A stretch of 64,000 nucleotides of DNA from Prochlorococcus sp. AG-459-B06 (GTDB lineage Bacteria; Cyanobacteriota; Cyanobacteriia; PCC-6307; Cyanobiaceae). Under the pieces are notes generated by a model that searched no databases, was not told the origin of the DNA, and saw nothing but the letters and a program-made list of their open reading frames with translations. The position numbers and the translations under genes are program-made. The stretch's first letter is position 1; each line of letters begins with the position of its first letter. Positions 53,801-62,177 of the stretch are shown here, piece by piece. The DNA is taken from positions 6,115-70,114 of the forward strand of contig QCQY01000004.1 in the NCBI GenBank assembly GCA_003209475.1, in the 5' to 3' direction.

Positions 53801-54144
53801 ACTATTAAAAGTCAATGAAACCATAATAAAATTAATTAAATATGATTCGTGAGTTTCTTTTTAAAGTTCTAATTTAGATATATAATAAAATATTTATTTT
53901 TAATGAAAGCTGTATAAATTGTCTAATAAATTTTATATAAATATTGAGGCTGTCTAAAAAAATTCTAAAAAGTAAAAATTAGAAAATTTTATCCGGTAAT
54001 TAAAATAATCGCACTCATCAAAACCACTGCTTTACTTCAGGATGTGTAGAGCGCATTCATATAATGACACGATAAATTTTTTTTCGTGAATCTTTTATAT
54101 CTTACTTTTGCATATCTAAAATAAATTAAAAAATTAATGGTCAA

Positions 54145-54300
54145 ATGAAAAAATGTGATTTATGTCATAAGCCAGATAAAATTCATTATAGAGTTAAATC
54201 CATAATTCATACGAACTGGATTTTTTGTTGTAAAGACTGTTGGTATCTAATTTCTACACATAAAAATTATTCCTATGGCGGAACTAGAAAGTCAAAATAA
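54145..54300 (+). CDS. small Zn-finger-like protein (51 aa)
   Basis: MKKCDLC...HYRV...WIFCCKDCW...YSYGGTRKSK. Confidence 0.7.
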   Translation: MKKCDLCHKPDKIHYRVKSIIHTNWIFCCKDCWYLISTHKNYSYGGTRKSK

Positions 54301-54332
54301 ATTAATTTTATTAGAAAAAAAATTTTAACTTT

Positions 54333-54809
54333 CTAAAAAAAATCATTAATTTCTTTTTTTATAGATTTATATTCTAAATTAATTCCTTTAATAAATTCAT
54401 CTACTTCTTTTTTAGTATTCTGATATTCATTTATTTTTTGTTTGGTTTTCTGATAGAAAATTGATTCGAATTTTCCTGGACTTACCTCCTCTATCCAATA
54501 TCCTGCTAAACAATAAATTTTGTTTGGAACAAAAGTAATAATAAATAATTTTTTGGAATTTTTATATTGATCAATTATCTTATTAGCGAAAGTCCCTTTA
54601 GTTTTTTTAGTCCCAAATAGAGCAATATCTTTTGCTAAAGGCCTAAAATTCTTAGATAGATTCTTATTTTTTTCTACTGTATTTCTAAAAATTATTTTTT
54701 CTAAAGAATAACAATAATCCAAAAATTTAGTATTTTCTTTTTTTGAAGGATATATAGTTATGAGGGAACTTAAAAGTAAAAAAGAAGTTAAAAGAAATTT
54801 TTTAAACAT
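54333..54809 (-). CDS. hypothetical protein with signal peptide
   Basis: Intact 158-aa ORF, hydrophobic N-terminus. Confidence 0.6.
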   Translation of the reverse strand: MFKKFLLTSFLLLSSLITIYPSKKENTKFLDYCYSLEKIIFRNTVEKNKNLSKNFRPLAKDIALFGTKKTKGTFANKIIDQYKNSKKLFIITFVPNKIYCLAGYWIEEVSPGKFESIFYQKTKQKINEYQNTKKEVDEFIKGINLEYKSIKKEINDFF

Positions 54810-55004
54810 TTATTTTAATTAGATTTATTATTTCATAAATATAAAAAGACAATTCATAAATTTCTATTAATTACCTTAACAAGATTCACATTAATTAAAA
54901 GATTTCTATTAATTTAGCTAAATTTATTTGAGAAAAATTTAAAAGTATTTCAGACTAATTTAGTATTTATCAAACGTATAAAATTTTATTCTTATAATAA
55001 GGTT

Positions 55005-55385
55005 ATGAGAATTTCTTTTTTGAAAAATAAAAGGATCAAGTCTTTTTTAGATTTTTTTTCAAGAGTATCAATTTCAGCAATATTTATCTCGGCAATACCA
55101 GGCAAAGTAAATGATTTTGAAAGAACAGTTGAATATATTTCTTCAAAAGGTATTCCAGAACCAATTTCATCTATTCTTCTCGTAGGAGCAATTATATGTC
55201 TTATCTTGGGTTCTGGATTTTTTATATTTGGGGAAAATCAAAAAATCGGTTCAGTCTTTTTATTACTATTTATTATTCCAACAACAATAATTTTTCATGT
55301 ATTCCCTTTTCATCAAAGAGCAGTATTTATGAATCTCGCATTGATAGGTGGATTAATTATTGCTGCAATAAGGGAACCAAAATAA
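55005..55385 (+). CDS. DoxX family protein
   Basis: R..I..IF....GK...F...G.P...PTT..FH...NLAL.GGL. Confidence 0.85.
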   Translation: MRISFLKNKRIKSFLDFFSRVSISAIFISAIPGKVNDFERTVEYISSKGIPEPISSILLVGAIICLILGSGFFIFGENQKIGSVFLLLFIIPTTIIFHVFPFHQRAVFMNLALIGGLIIAAIREPK

Positions 55386-55404
55386 ATTACTTAACTTAAG
55401 AAAC

Positions 55405-55608
55405 CTAAATATGTTTTTTCCCCTCTCTTAATTCTGGGAAGCAATTTGCAATATGAATTAATTCATAAACTTCTTTGCTATCGTATTTTTTATTCGGAAT
55501 TCCACTTCCCGCCACTATGCCTCTCTCTTTCATCTTCTTTAATATCAGTTTTTGTCTTTGCATACTTGACATAGACTTAAATCTTTTAGTTTGTTCTTCT
55601 TTATTCAC
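55405..55608 (-). CDS. hypothetical protein
   Basis: Intact 67-aa ORF. Confidence 0.6.
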   Translation of the reverse strand: MNKEEQTKRFKSMSSMQRQKLILKKMKERGIVAGSGIPNKKYDSKEVYELIHIANCFPELREGKKHI

Positions 55609-55894
55609 TAGATTTTAATTTAGTTAAACTTTAATGTTAAGGGTATTTCAATTAGCGATTCATTAAATAAGTAAGAAAGCCAGTAAATGTAAGTAATTTA
55701 AATCCAATAAAGAAAGGCAAATATTTTTTGACCTTTTTGCCAACGGGCAATAATTTGTTTAATGAATTGATCATGATTTATATAAAAAATATATTTCTTT
55801 CGAACATGCTAACGAATTTTTTTAGGATTATCCTATTTCGATTTGTAAATTTTAAAAAGTAGTTCTAAACTAGAAGGATTGCGTCCCTTTTTTT

Positions 55895-56281
55895 ATGAAT
55901 GATAAAGAAACAATAATTTCATTATTAAATGAGTTTGCTAATCCAAAAAAAATGGCCTCATTTTTTGTTAACAACGCGACTTCAGATTTTTTATTCATAA
56001 GACCGAGTGGTAATCCTATAGATGCAAAAAGTTTCGAACAAATGATTACTGATGAAATTGTTCAAGAAAAGGCAGAAATAACTAAAATTCACCGATTCGA
56101 ATTTTTAAGCGAAAATATAGTAATGTGCATTTTTACACTAGGTTCAAAATTTACTTATAAAGGGACACCTAATGATGACTTACCAACAGTTACATCAATT
56201 TTTAAAAAAGTAAATAATGTTTGGAAAATTCACTGGATGCAAAGATCTACAGGGAATTCGGATTTATCTTTATGGGATTAG
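55895..56281 (+). CDS. DUF3804-like (NTF2/SnoaL-fold) protein
   Basis: FLFIRPSGNPI, F.YKG..NDD, W....QRSTG. Confidence 0.82.
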   Translation: MNDKETIISLLNEFANPKKMASFFVNNATSDFLFIRPSGNPIDAKSFEQMITDEIVQEKAEITKIHRFEFLSENIVMCIFTLGSKFTYKGTPNDDLPTVTSIFKKVNNVWKIHWMQRSTGNSDLSLWD

Positions 56282-56762
56282 CAAAGTTAATAGCACTTTT
56301 AATGGTGCTACTACTTGTAGGAAGTTCTTTTGTTGGTTTAATTTTGTATTTTATAAAATAAGTAGATCAAATAAATAATGCCCAGTAACTATTTCTTGTT
56401 TTAGAAAATAATTGCTTCTTTTATGCTATGTAATTTGATTTTCAGGTAAAAATAAAAACTTTAGACAGACTAACGCCTATATCTAAAGCCAATAAAGCAA
56501 TTAGTAACTTACTCATTTTTTAGAACTCTCAACTATTTTTTTGTAAAGTTCCTCAGAAATAGGTTGCATAACCTTTTAAAAAATCTAATTACAAATTAAT
56601 TATTTTAAAATTAATTTCTCGTTACTAAATATACGAATATATGAATTTTTAAATAGGAAAAAAATATATCCACTATAAGTTCTTCTTATAAAGTATTAAT
56701 AAATACTTAATCCAAAAACGTCAATAAATGTCCAAACTTTTTTTAAAAAGAAATTAGTAAAC

Positions 56763-56864
56763 TTATTTCGAGTAAATAGATCCTCTATAAGTAAGCTTTA
56801 TAATCTTTTCTTCTTGTTTTCTACAATATACGAATGACTTTCCATTGAAATACATGTTTACCAT
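56763..56864 (-). CDS. DUF4278-like 33-aa peptide
   Basis: MVNMYFNGKSFVYCRKQEEKIIKLTYRGSIYSK; AGGAG SD 7 nt upstream; LTYRG motif. Confidence 0.75.
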   Translation of the reverse strand: MVNMYFNGKSFVYCRKQEEKIIKLTYRGSIYSK

Positions 56865-56882
56865 GATGCAGCTCCTGAACTT

Positions 56883-56943
56883 GCTCAAGTCCCCGTCCTA
56901 TGGCTTGAGTCGTACTGCGGTCTATCAGATGGTAGATCGGACG
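56883..56943 (-). ncRNA. glutamine-II (Downstream-peptide) riboswitch
   Basis: CGTCC...GCAGTACGACTCAAGCCATAGGACGGGGACTTGAGC matches the recalled DP motif core; CGTCC/GGACG and CTCAAG/CTTGAG pairings; YRG peptide downstream. Confidence 0.8.
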
Positions 56944-56947
56944 ATTT

Positions 56948-56963
56948 TGTAGTATTAGCTACA
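56948..56963. promoter_or_regulatory. NtcA binding site
   Basis: TGTA-GTATTAGC-TACA = perfect GTA-N8-TAC, 4 nt from the riboswitch 5' end. Confidence 0.75.
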
Positions 56964-57000
56964 ATCTATTTATAAAGTATTTATACTTAGATGTCAACAA

Positions 57001-57147
57001 TTAATAGAAACTAAACTTAAATTTAAAATTAGATTCGGCTCTCATAAACTCCCGAACAAGAATATAGAACATATAACTACGAGTAACTCCCATAAAAACT
57101 GAAACAAATGCTAGAACTACACAAATAGGGCAATGTGGGAATCCCAT
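57001..57147 (-). CDS. small CxxC membrane peptide (48 aa)
   Basis: MGFPHCPICVVLAFVSVFMG... Confidence 0.5.
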   Translation of the reverse strand: MGFPHCPICVVLAFVSVFMGVTRSYMFYILVREFMRAESNFKFKFSFY

Positions 57148-57490
57148 TATTTATTTTCCAATATAAATTTCAATTCAGTCTCTGCATTAAGAATATCGAT
57201 TCTTCTCTTGAGCAGTTTAAAAACTTTAATTATTTTTTTCAAAATTAAACCTTCTTTAGGCATCAATAATAATATTATTTAAGAATGAATATATCAATGA
57301 GCAAAAATACTGAAGTCACTGATATAACATAAGTTTCGTAGCAAATTTATACAATAAAAAACACCAACATATGCTCAGATACTCTTGCTCAATTAGCTTA
57401 TTCAGAGTCAAATATAAAAATTGGTGATCTAGTTACCTTGCAGTGCTATTTTTCTTTTGCTAAAAAAATAGAGCGGACTAAAGTCCAATA

Positions 57491-57662
57491 CTCCACGAGG
57501 ATTTAGTCCGCTGCCTAAAGCTTGAGAGTGCAAATTTTTCTTTTTTAATATGCAAGTATGCTTTATGAGGTAAATATCTTGATTGCGTAATAAATTTATT
57601 TTGTATATTGCTATTACAAAAACGATGAGTTTATTTAAATAAGTTACTAAATCCTCGTGGAG
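57491..57662. repeat. 17-bp perfect inverted repeat, each copy inside its own hairpin
   Basis: CTCCACGAGGATTTAGT (57491-57507) and ACTAAATCCTCGTGGAG (57646-57662). Confidence 0.85.
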
Positions 57663-57921
57663 AAAGCTTTAGTAAATTTCTTTTATTGGTTACTGATAAG
57701 ATCAGCCGAATCTCATTATGGAGAATCATTTGTATCTGTAGAAGTTCCATCTAATTCAATCAAAAGTTTTTTTTGATTTTAGAAAGTTTTTAATACTTAA
57801 ATTCATAGCTTTCTGAACATTTAATAACTAATTTGAGTTAAGTTGGTTAATTATCTCTATTGCAAATAAAGATAAGGTTGTTAATCTTGCACTTAAAGAA
57901 GAAACTTAATTTCTTAAACTT

Positions 57922-58131
57922 ATGCAATTTGATCACTTAAATTTCAATGAAGATGATGGCCTCATGTCCATAGAAGATTTAAGGGCTTTACGTCTTCGAA
58001 AAAAGAAAATTGAAAGTGATAAGAAAGCTAGAAAGTATATTCTGGATATAAATCAAAGATATAGAAAAATGAGTACCCGCAAAAGTAATAAATTTTTAAG
58101 GAACATGAACCCTTTTAAAAAGGCCGCATAA
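57922..58131 (+). CDS. small basic hypothetical protein
   Basis: 69-aa ORF ending KKAA. Confidence 0.6.
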   Translation: MQFDHLNFNEDDGLMSIEDLRALRLRKKKIESDKKARKYILDINQRYRKMSTRKSNKFLRNMNPFKKAA

Positions 58132-58220
58132 ATTGTTAATCTTGATTTTGTTAATTTGTTTAACTTTGCAACTTTCAGAGTATGATTTTAATGGTGTTTC
58201 TTTGGAAGAGTTTCACCAAG

Positions 58221-58245
58221 AGGGGCCAATTTTTGGCCCCTTTTT
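58221..58245 (+). terminator. intrinsic terminator
   Basis: AGGGGCCAA-TTT-TTGGCCCCT followed by TTTT. Confidence 0.85.
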
Positions 58246-58458
58246 GCGGAGATATTTTTTAATTGAAACTCGTTATAAAATTAAAGTAATACTTTCCTAG
58301 AAGGCGAAAGTGATGTGAATCTTTTGTTTAAAGTTTTTTATTACCACTTAATGAAAACTCTATATCTTCCACTAAATCCTCTTATTAAAAAAAAACAAAA
58401 GTTTTAGCTTATGGATCATTTCCCATAATTTATTGAATTTTTTCATTTGCGATTTTTA

Positions 58459-58662
58459 ATGGTTTCACCTACAAGTTGGGAATTCTATAAAGAAGTTGAA
58501 ACTAAAATTCTATGGGTCAATATTTGTACCCAAAATTTAGAAGGAGTAGCTATTTCGATCAATAAATGGTGGAAGACGAGATATTCATCATACAAAATCA
58601 GAATAGTTTCTAAAAAAGAATTTGAGCTAGTAAAAATGCAAGCCGAGAAAAAGGATCAATAA
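58459..58662 (+). CDS. hypothetical protein
   Basis: MVSPTSWEFYKE...INKWWKTRY..YKIRIVS. Confidence 0.65.
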   Translation: MVSPTSWEFYKEVETKILWVNICTQNLEGVAISINKWWKTRYSSYKIRIVSKKEFELVKMQAEKKDQ

Positions 58663-58738
58663 AATTATTCTTTGGTAAATATTGATGCTGAATATTTAAT
58701 TTTTGCAGCTATTATAAGATCAATAAATTAAAGAACTA

Positions 58739-58894
58739 ATGAACTCTGCATTTGCAAAAGTCTCAAATTTGAAAGTTAACAGGGCTTCTAAAATAGCTAT
58801 TACTCTCGCATCATCTACTTTCTTTTTGTATGCCTTAGGTCAAGCATCAATTTTTAAAAATATTCTTGCAGGTGCCTTCTCTTGCTCTGGCTAA
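58739..58894 (+). CDS. small TM peptide (51 aa)
   Basis: MNSAFAKVSNLKVNRASKIAITLASSTFFLYALGQASIFKNILAGAFSCSG. Confidence 0.6.
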   Translation: MNSAFAKVSNLKVNRASKIAITLASSTFFLYALGQASIFKNILAGAFSCSG

Positions 58895-58964
58895 ATAAAA
58901 TACTGTTTTTTTAGAGAAGCTAAAAACCTAAAATAGACTGTGATTGACAGTCGATCTAAACTTG

Positions 58965-58986
58965 GAGGGATAAACCCCTCTTTTTT
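58965..58986 (+). terminator. intrinsic terminator
   Basis: GAGGG-ATAAAC-CCCTC-TTTTTT. Confidence 0.75.
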
Positions 58987-59046
58987 AATGTTTAATAGAT
59001 TTATTGCTGAAAAGATAATGACTCTTCTTATTTCTCTTTTAAGCTG

Positions 59047-59163
59047 ATGAATATTTCCCCGCACCTATTAATTGATGCTTTGATATTAAGCGCTGCCCTT
59101 ACGATAACTTTGGTATTAAGAGCACAAAGTAATGCTGCCAGAAAAGAAAAAGAAAATAAATGA
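59047..59163 (+). CDS. small TM peptide (38 aa)
   Basis: MNISPHLLIDALILSAALTITLVLRAQSNAARKEKENK; ATGA overlap with next ORF. Confidence 0.55.
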   Translation: MNISPHLLIDALILSAALTITLVLRAQSNAARKEKENK

Positions 59164-59300
59164 TTACTAAAGAAGAAGAAAAAGAATTTAAAAAACCTAA
59201 ATTATTTAGATTTTGGAACTTTCTTATTTATGGAAGTTCCATAGCTATTGGAGTTTTCTTAGTTTATTTATATTCTGCTTATATCTTTATAAATAAATGA
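59160..59300 (+). CDS. small TM peptide (46 aa)
   Basis: MITKEEEKEFKKPKLFRFWNFLIYGSSIAIGVFLVYLYSAYIFINK. Confidence 0.55.
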   Translation: MITKEEEKEFKKPKLFRFWNFLIYGSSIAIGVFLVYLYSAYIFINK

Positions 59301-59392
59301 CTTACATCTACGGCATAGCGATTACTTATGGTGTTGTGAGTCTTTTATTGCTTGGTGGGTTTGCATACTTTACTTTTAAAATGAGACGCTAA
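59297..59392 (+). CDS. small TM peptide (31 aa)
   Basis: MTYIYGIAITYGVVSLLLLGGFAYFTFKMRR; ATGA overlap. Confidence 0.55.
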   Translation: MTYIYGIAITYGVVSLLLLGGFAYFTFKMRR

Positions 59393-59759
59393 TTTTTATA
59401 TCTTCTTCAATAAAGATTTATTAGATAAATTTTTTGATTTTTGTAGAGAATATCAACAAAAAATTCCACCTCAAAAGATGGCTGAGATTTTAAGAGAATA
59501 TGCAGATAGATTAGATGGATAATAAATAATAGCAGAACTAAGAAGGTATTAAAAGAATAAAATTTCGAGCAAAATTTATACAAATTTTTTTAAAGTTGGA
59601 ATAAATTTTTTGAAGATATTTTCCTTGCAATTATTCATAATTTGAGATTTTTTTTTGATCCTTAATCCGTATAATTTTGTTCCTCTAACCGCACACATAA
59701 AACTTGAAATTTACTATTCAAATGAATTAGAACATAGTTGTAGTCAAGGGGTAAGTCTT

Positions 59760-59912
59760 ATGGCACTAAATGACATATTTACTATCCAAGAAATTAATTT
59801 GGATAAAAAAGTCCTTTCATTTGATAATAAGCTCAAAAAAATTGAAGCTTATTGGAATAATGAATGTACAGAACATCCGAGTAACAACCATTGCAAGATT
59901 TTTTGTGATTAA
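59760..59912 (+). CDS. small protein with CP12-like C-terminal Cys pair (50 aa)
   Basis: ...YWNNECTEHPSNNHCKIFCD; ATG at 59760 after AAGGGG. Confidence 0.65.
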   Translation: MALNDIFTIQEINLDKKVLSFDNKLKKIEAYWNNECTEHPSNNHCKIFCD

Positions 59913-59998
59913 AAACTTTAACTTTTAGGTATTCTTACGCTTGATTTTTACATAATACCCGTACTAAATAATAATCAGATAGAAAGGAGGCCAAGCAA

Positions 59999-60100
59999 AT
60001 GACTAATTTAGGTATAGAAATTTTATTTTGGACAATTTTAATTTCTTATCTGGGATTAAGGTTTTCTCAAACTTTGAATGGATTCAAGAAACAGTATTAA
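59999..60100 (+). CDS. small TM peptide (33 aa)
   Basis: MTNLGIEILFWTILISYLGLRFSQTLNGFKKQY; strong AAAGGAGG SD. Confidence 0.65.
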   Translation: MTNLGIEILFWTILISYLGLRFSQTLNGFKKQY

Positions 60101-60115
60101 TTAGGAGAATAGAAA

Positions 60116-60262
60116 ATGAAACTACAAACTCAGTTCACGGTTCCAAACAAAAAATTAAAAGATCTTGATTATGTTAAAAAAGTAGATTTTTTAGAAGAAA
60201 TTTTAAATAAAGAATGTATAGATTATCCAAATCAAGAAGATTTCCTGGTTAGTTGCAATTAA
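60116..60262 (+). CDS. small protein, paralog of 59760..59912 (48 aa)
   Basis: MKLQTQFTVPNKKLKDLDYVKKVDFLEEILNKECIDYPNQEDFLVSCN; AGGAG SD. Confidence 0.6.
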   Translation: MKLQTQFTVPNKKLKDLDYVKKVDFLEEILNKECIDYPNQEDFLVSCN

Positions 60263-60341
60263 AAATCAAAAAATAGCTGTTTTTTAAAAGTAAATAAATT
60301 TTTATTAGTATTTATAAATTTTCTAAAAGGGAGTTAGCACA

Positions 60342-60860
60342 ATGGAATTAAGATTCTTCCCAATAAGTATTTTTAGAGAGACTCCAAAAGTCACATTCTT
60401 CGATGCAGGCATAGATAGTTCTAATGGTTCTGATGTTGTGATCCATTCTGGGGAAGCTATATCTCCTCCAGATGATTTAAAAGATGAGCAATATTACGTT
60501 CACAATCATCAAATTGACCACAATTTAGTTATCACTGGAGAAAGGACATTTGTTTTAATAAATCCTTCCTGGGATGAACCTCATCATGTGATTTATTTAA
60601 ATAGATCTATGGGAGCATTAGAAATTCCTATAGGAACTTATCACAGATCTATCTCAGGGAAAGAAGGTAGTATTGTTTTAAACCAAACCAAAAGGGATAA
60701 ATTTTTTGATCCTTCTAAGGAATTTAACCCTCAAAAATTAGACAAAATTAATTTAATTAAGGCAAGAAAAAGTCCACCTGTTTATTGGATTTACGAAAAT
60801 AACAAAATCAAAAAAGTATATTTTAATCCTCTAGAAAGAAAAGTTAAAACTCTTGTTTGA
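60342..60860 (+). CDS. cupin-like conserved cyanobacterial protein
   Basis: FRETP.V.F.D, YYVH.HQ.D...G.R.F.L, IP.GTYHRS.SG. Confidence 0.75.
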   Translation: MELRFFPISIFRETPKVTFFDAGIDSSNGSDVVIHSGEAISPPDDLKDEQYYVHNHQIDHNLVITGERTFVLINPSWDEPHHVIYLNRSMGALEIPIGTYHRSISGKEGSIVLNQTKRDKFFDPSKEFNPQKLDKINLIKARKSPPVYWIYENNKIKKVYFNPLERKVKTLV

Positions 60861-60861
60861 A

Positions 60862-61716
60862 ATGAAAAAAAATATATCCTCTAGTAATAATTTAAAAAAC
60901 CTGAATTTAATTATTAATTCTGATACTTATAAATTGGCTCACGAAGATATTGGTTTACTTAGCCGAAATGAAATGCGTGGAGTCAGAATGCTTCTTGAAA
61001 TTACTAAACCAGATTTAATCCTTGAAGAAAATAAAATTCTTTCAACAATAATTATTTTTGGAGGCGCAAGCATTACAGAAGAATCAAATATAAAAAAGAG
61101 ACTTGAAAATATAGAAGAGTTGATTAAAAAAAATCCTAAATCGATGCTTTTAAAACGAAATTTAAATAGATTAGAAAATTTGCTTCTAATGAGTCATTAC
61201 TATCAATCCGCAAGAGAGTTTTCTAAATTTGCTTCAATTAGTAATCAAAATAAAAACTGTAATTCTCATGTGATTGTGACAGGTGGGGGGCCAGGAATTA
61301 TGGAAGCTGCTAATAGAGGTGCATTTGAAGCAAATTGTAAATCTATAGGGTTAAATATCAGTCTACCTAATGAACAAATCCCAAATGCTTTTATAACGCC
61401 CGGTCTTTGCTTTAAGTTTAATTATTTTGCATTAAGAAAGATCCATTTTGTCATGCGATCAGTAGCTGCTGTATTTTTCCCTGGAGGTTTTGGAACACTA
61501 GATGAATTATTTGAACTATTGACACTTTGTCAAACAGGAATGAAAACTAAAATCCCAATCATACTTTTTGGTAGAGAGTATTGGAATAAGATAATCAACT
61601 TCGAATATCTAGCTGATCTTGGATTAATTTCAGATGAAAACTTAAATCTTTTCCAATATGCAGACACCGCATCAGAAGCATGGGAAATTATCAAATCATC
61701 AAAAATCTCAGCTTAA
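60862..61716 (+). CDS. LOG family protein
   Basis: TGGGPGIMEAANRGA, FPGGFGTLDELFE. Confidence 0.9.
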   Translation: MKKNISSSNNLKNLNLIINSDTYKLAHEDIGLLSRNEMRGVRMLLEITKPDLILEENKILSTIIIFGGASITEESNIKKRLENIEELIKKNPKSMLLKRNLNRLENLLLMSHYYQSAREFSKFASISNQNKNCNSHVIVTGGGPGIMEAANRGAFEANCKSIGLNISLPNEQIPNAFITPGLCFKFNYFALRKIHFVMRSVAAVFFPGGFGTLDELFELLTLCQTGMKTKIPIILFGREYWNKIINFEYLADLGLISDENLNLFQYADTASEAWEIIKSSKISA

Positions 61717-61744
61717 AGGTAAGCTAATTATTTTTAAATAACTT

Positions 61745-62068
61745 TTAATTACTTAATTTATAATTTGTTTTAACAGTTTTTATTATTGAATCTTGTGGTT
61801 CTTCACTTGGGAAACAATTAATAATCCTATATTTACCTCCTTTTTTATCAGTCTCAACAACTGTAAATTCAACGTATTTACCAATTCCATCTTTTAAATC
61901 CTTGACTTCAGTATTAATTATCTCTTCTTTATCATTTTCGATGATACGAGATTTACCTCCGCAACTTAACAAAGCATTTCCCTCAGTGAGAAAAAAATCT
62001 TTGTCATTACTGCAAGAAGATAGGAAAGATAAAGAGACTATAATTAATATAAAATTTTTCATAATCAA
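61745..62068 (-). CDS. putative lipoprotein
   Basis: Signal peptide with lipobox LSSC. Confidence 0.65.
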   Translation of the reverse strand: MIMKNFILIIVSLSFLSSCSNDKDFFLTEGNALLSCGGKSRIIENDKEEIINTEVKDLKDGIGKYVEFTVVETDKKGGKYRIINCFPSEEPQDSIIKTVKTNYKLSN

Positions 62069-62177
62069 CTTTTTTGTACTTAACTACATTATCAATAAAG
62101 CATATTAAATATGTAGTCAAATCCCTACAAAATTAAAAATTTAATTAATAATTTCCGTGAACTAAATAGAAATTATT

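Noticed and set aside
54005-54075. GC-richer patch as a riboswitch or gene
   Set aside because: No convincing stems; frames checked are short and interrupted, at most a pseudogene remnant
57599-57621. TGTA...TACA palindrome as an NtcA box
   Set aside because: Spacer is 9 nt, not 8; kept only as an unexplained palindrome
57836-58165. TTGTTAAT repeats flanking 57922-58131 as Pho boxes
   Set aside because: Spacing is not the 11-bp period and the motif is low-complexity in AT-rich DNA
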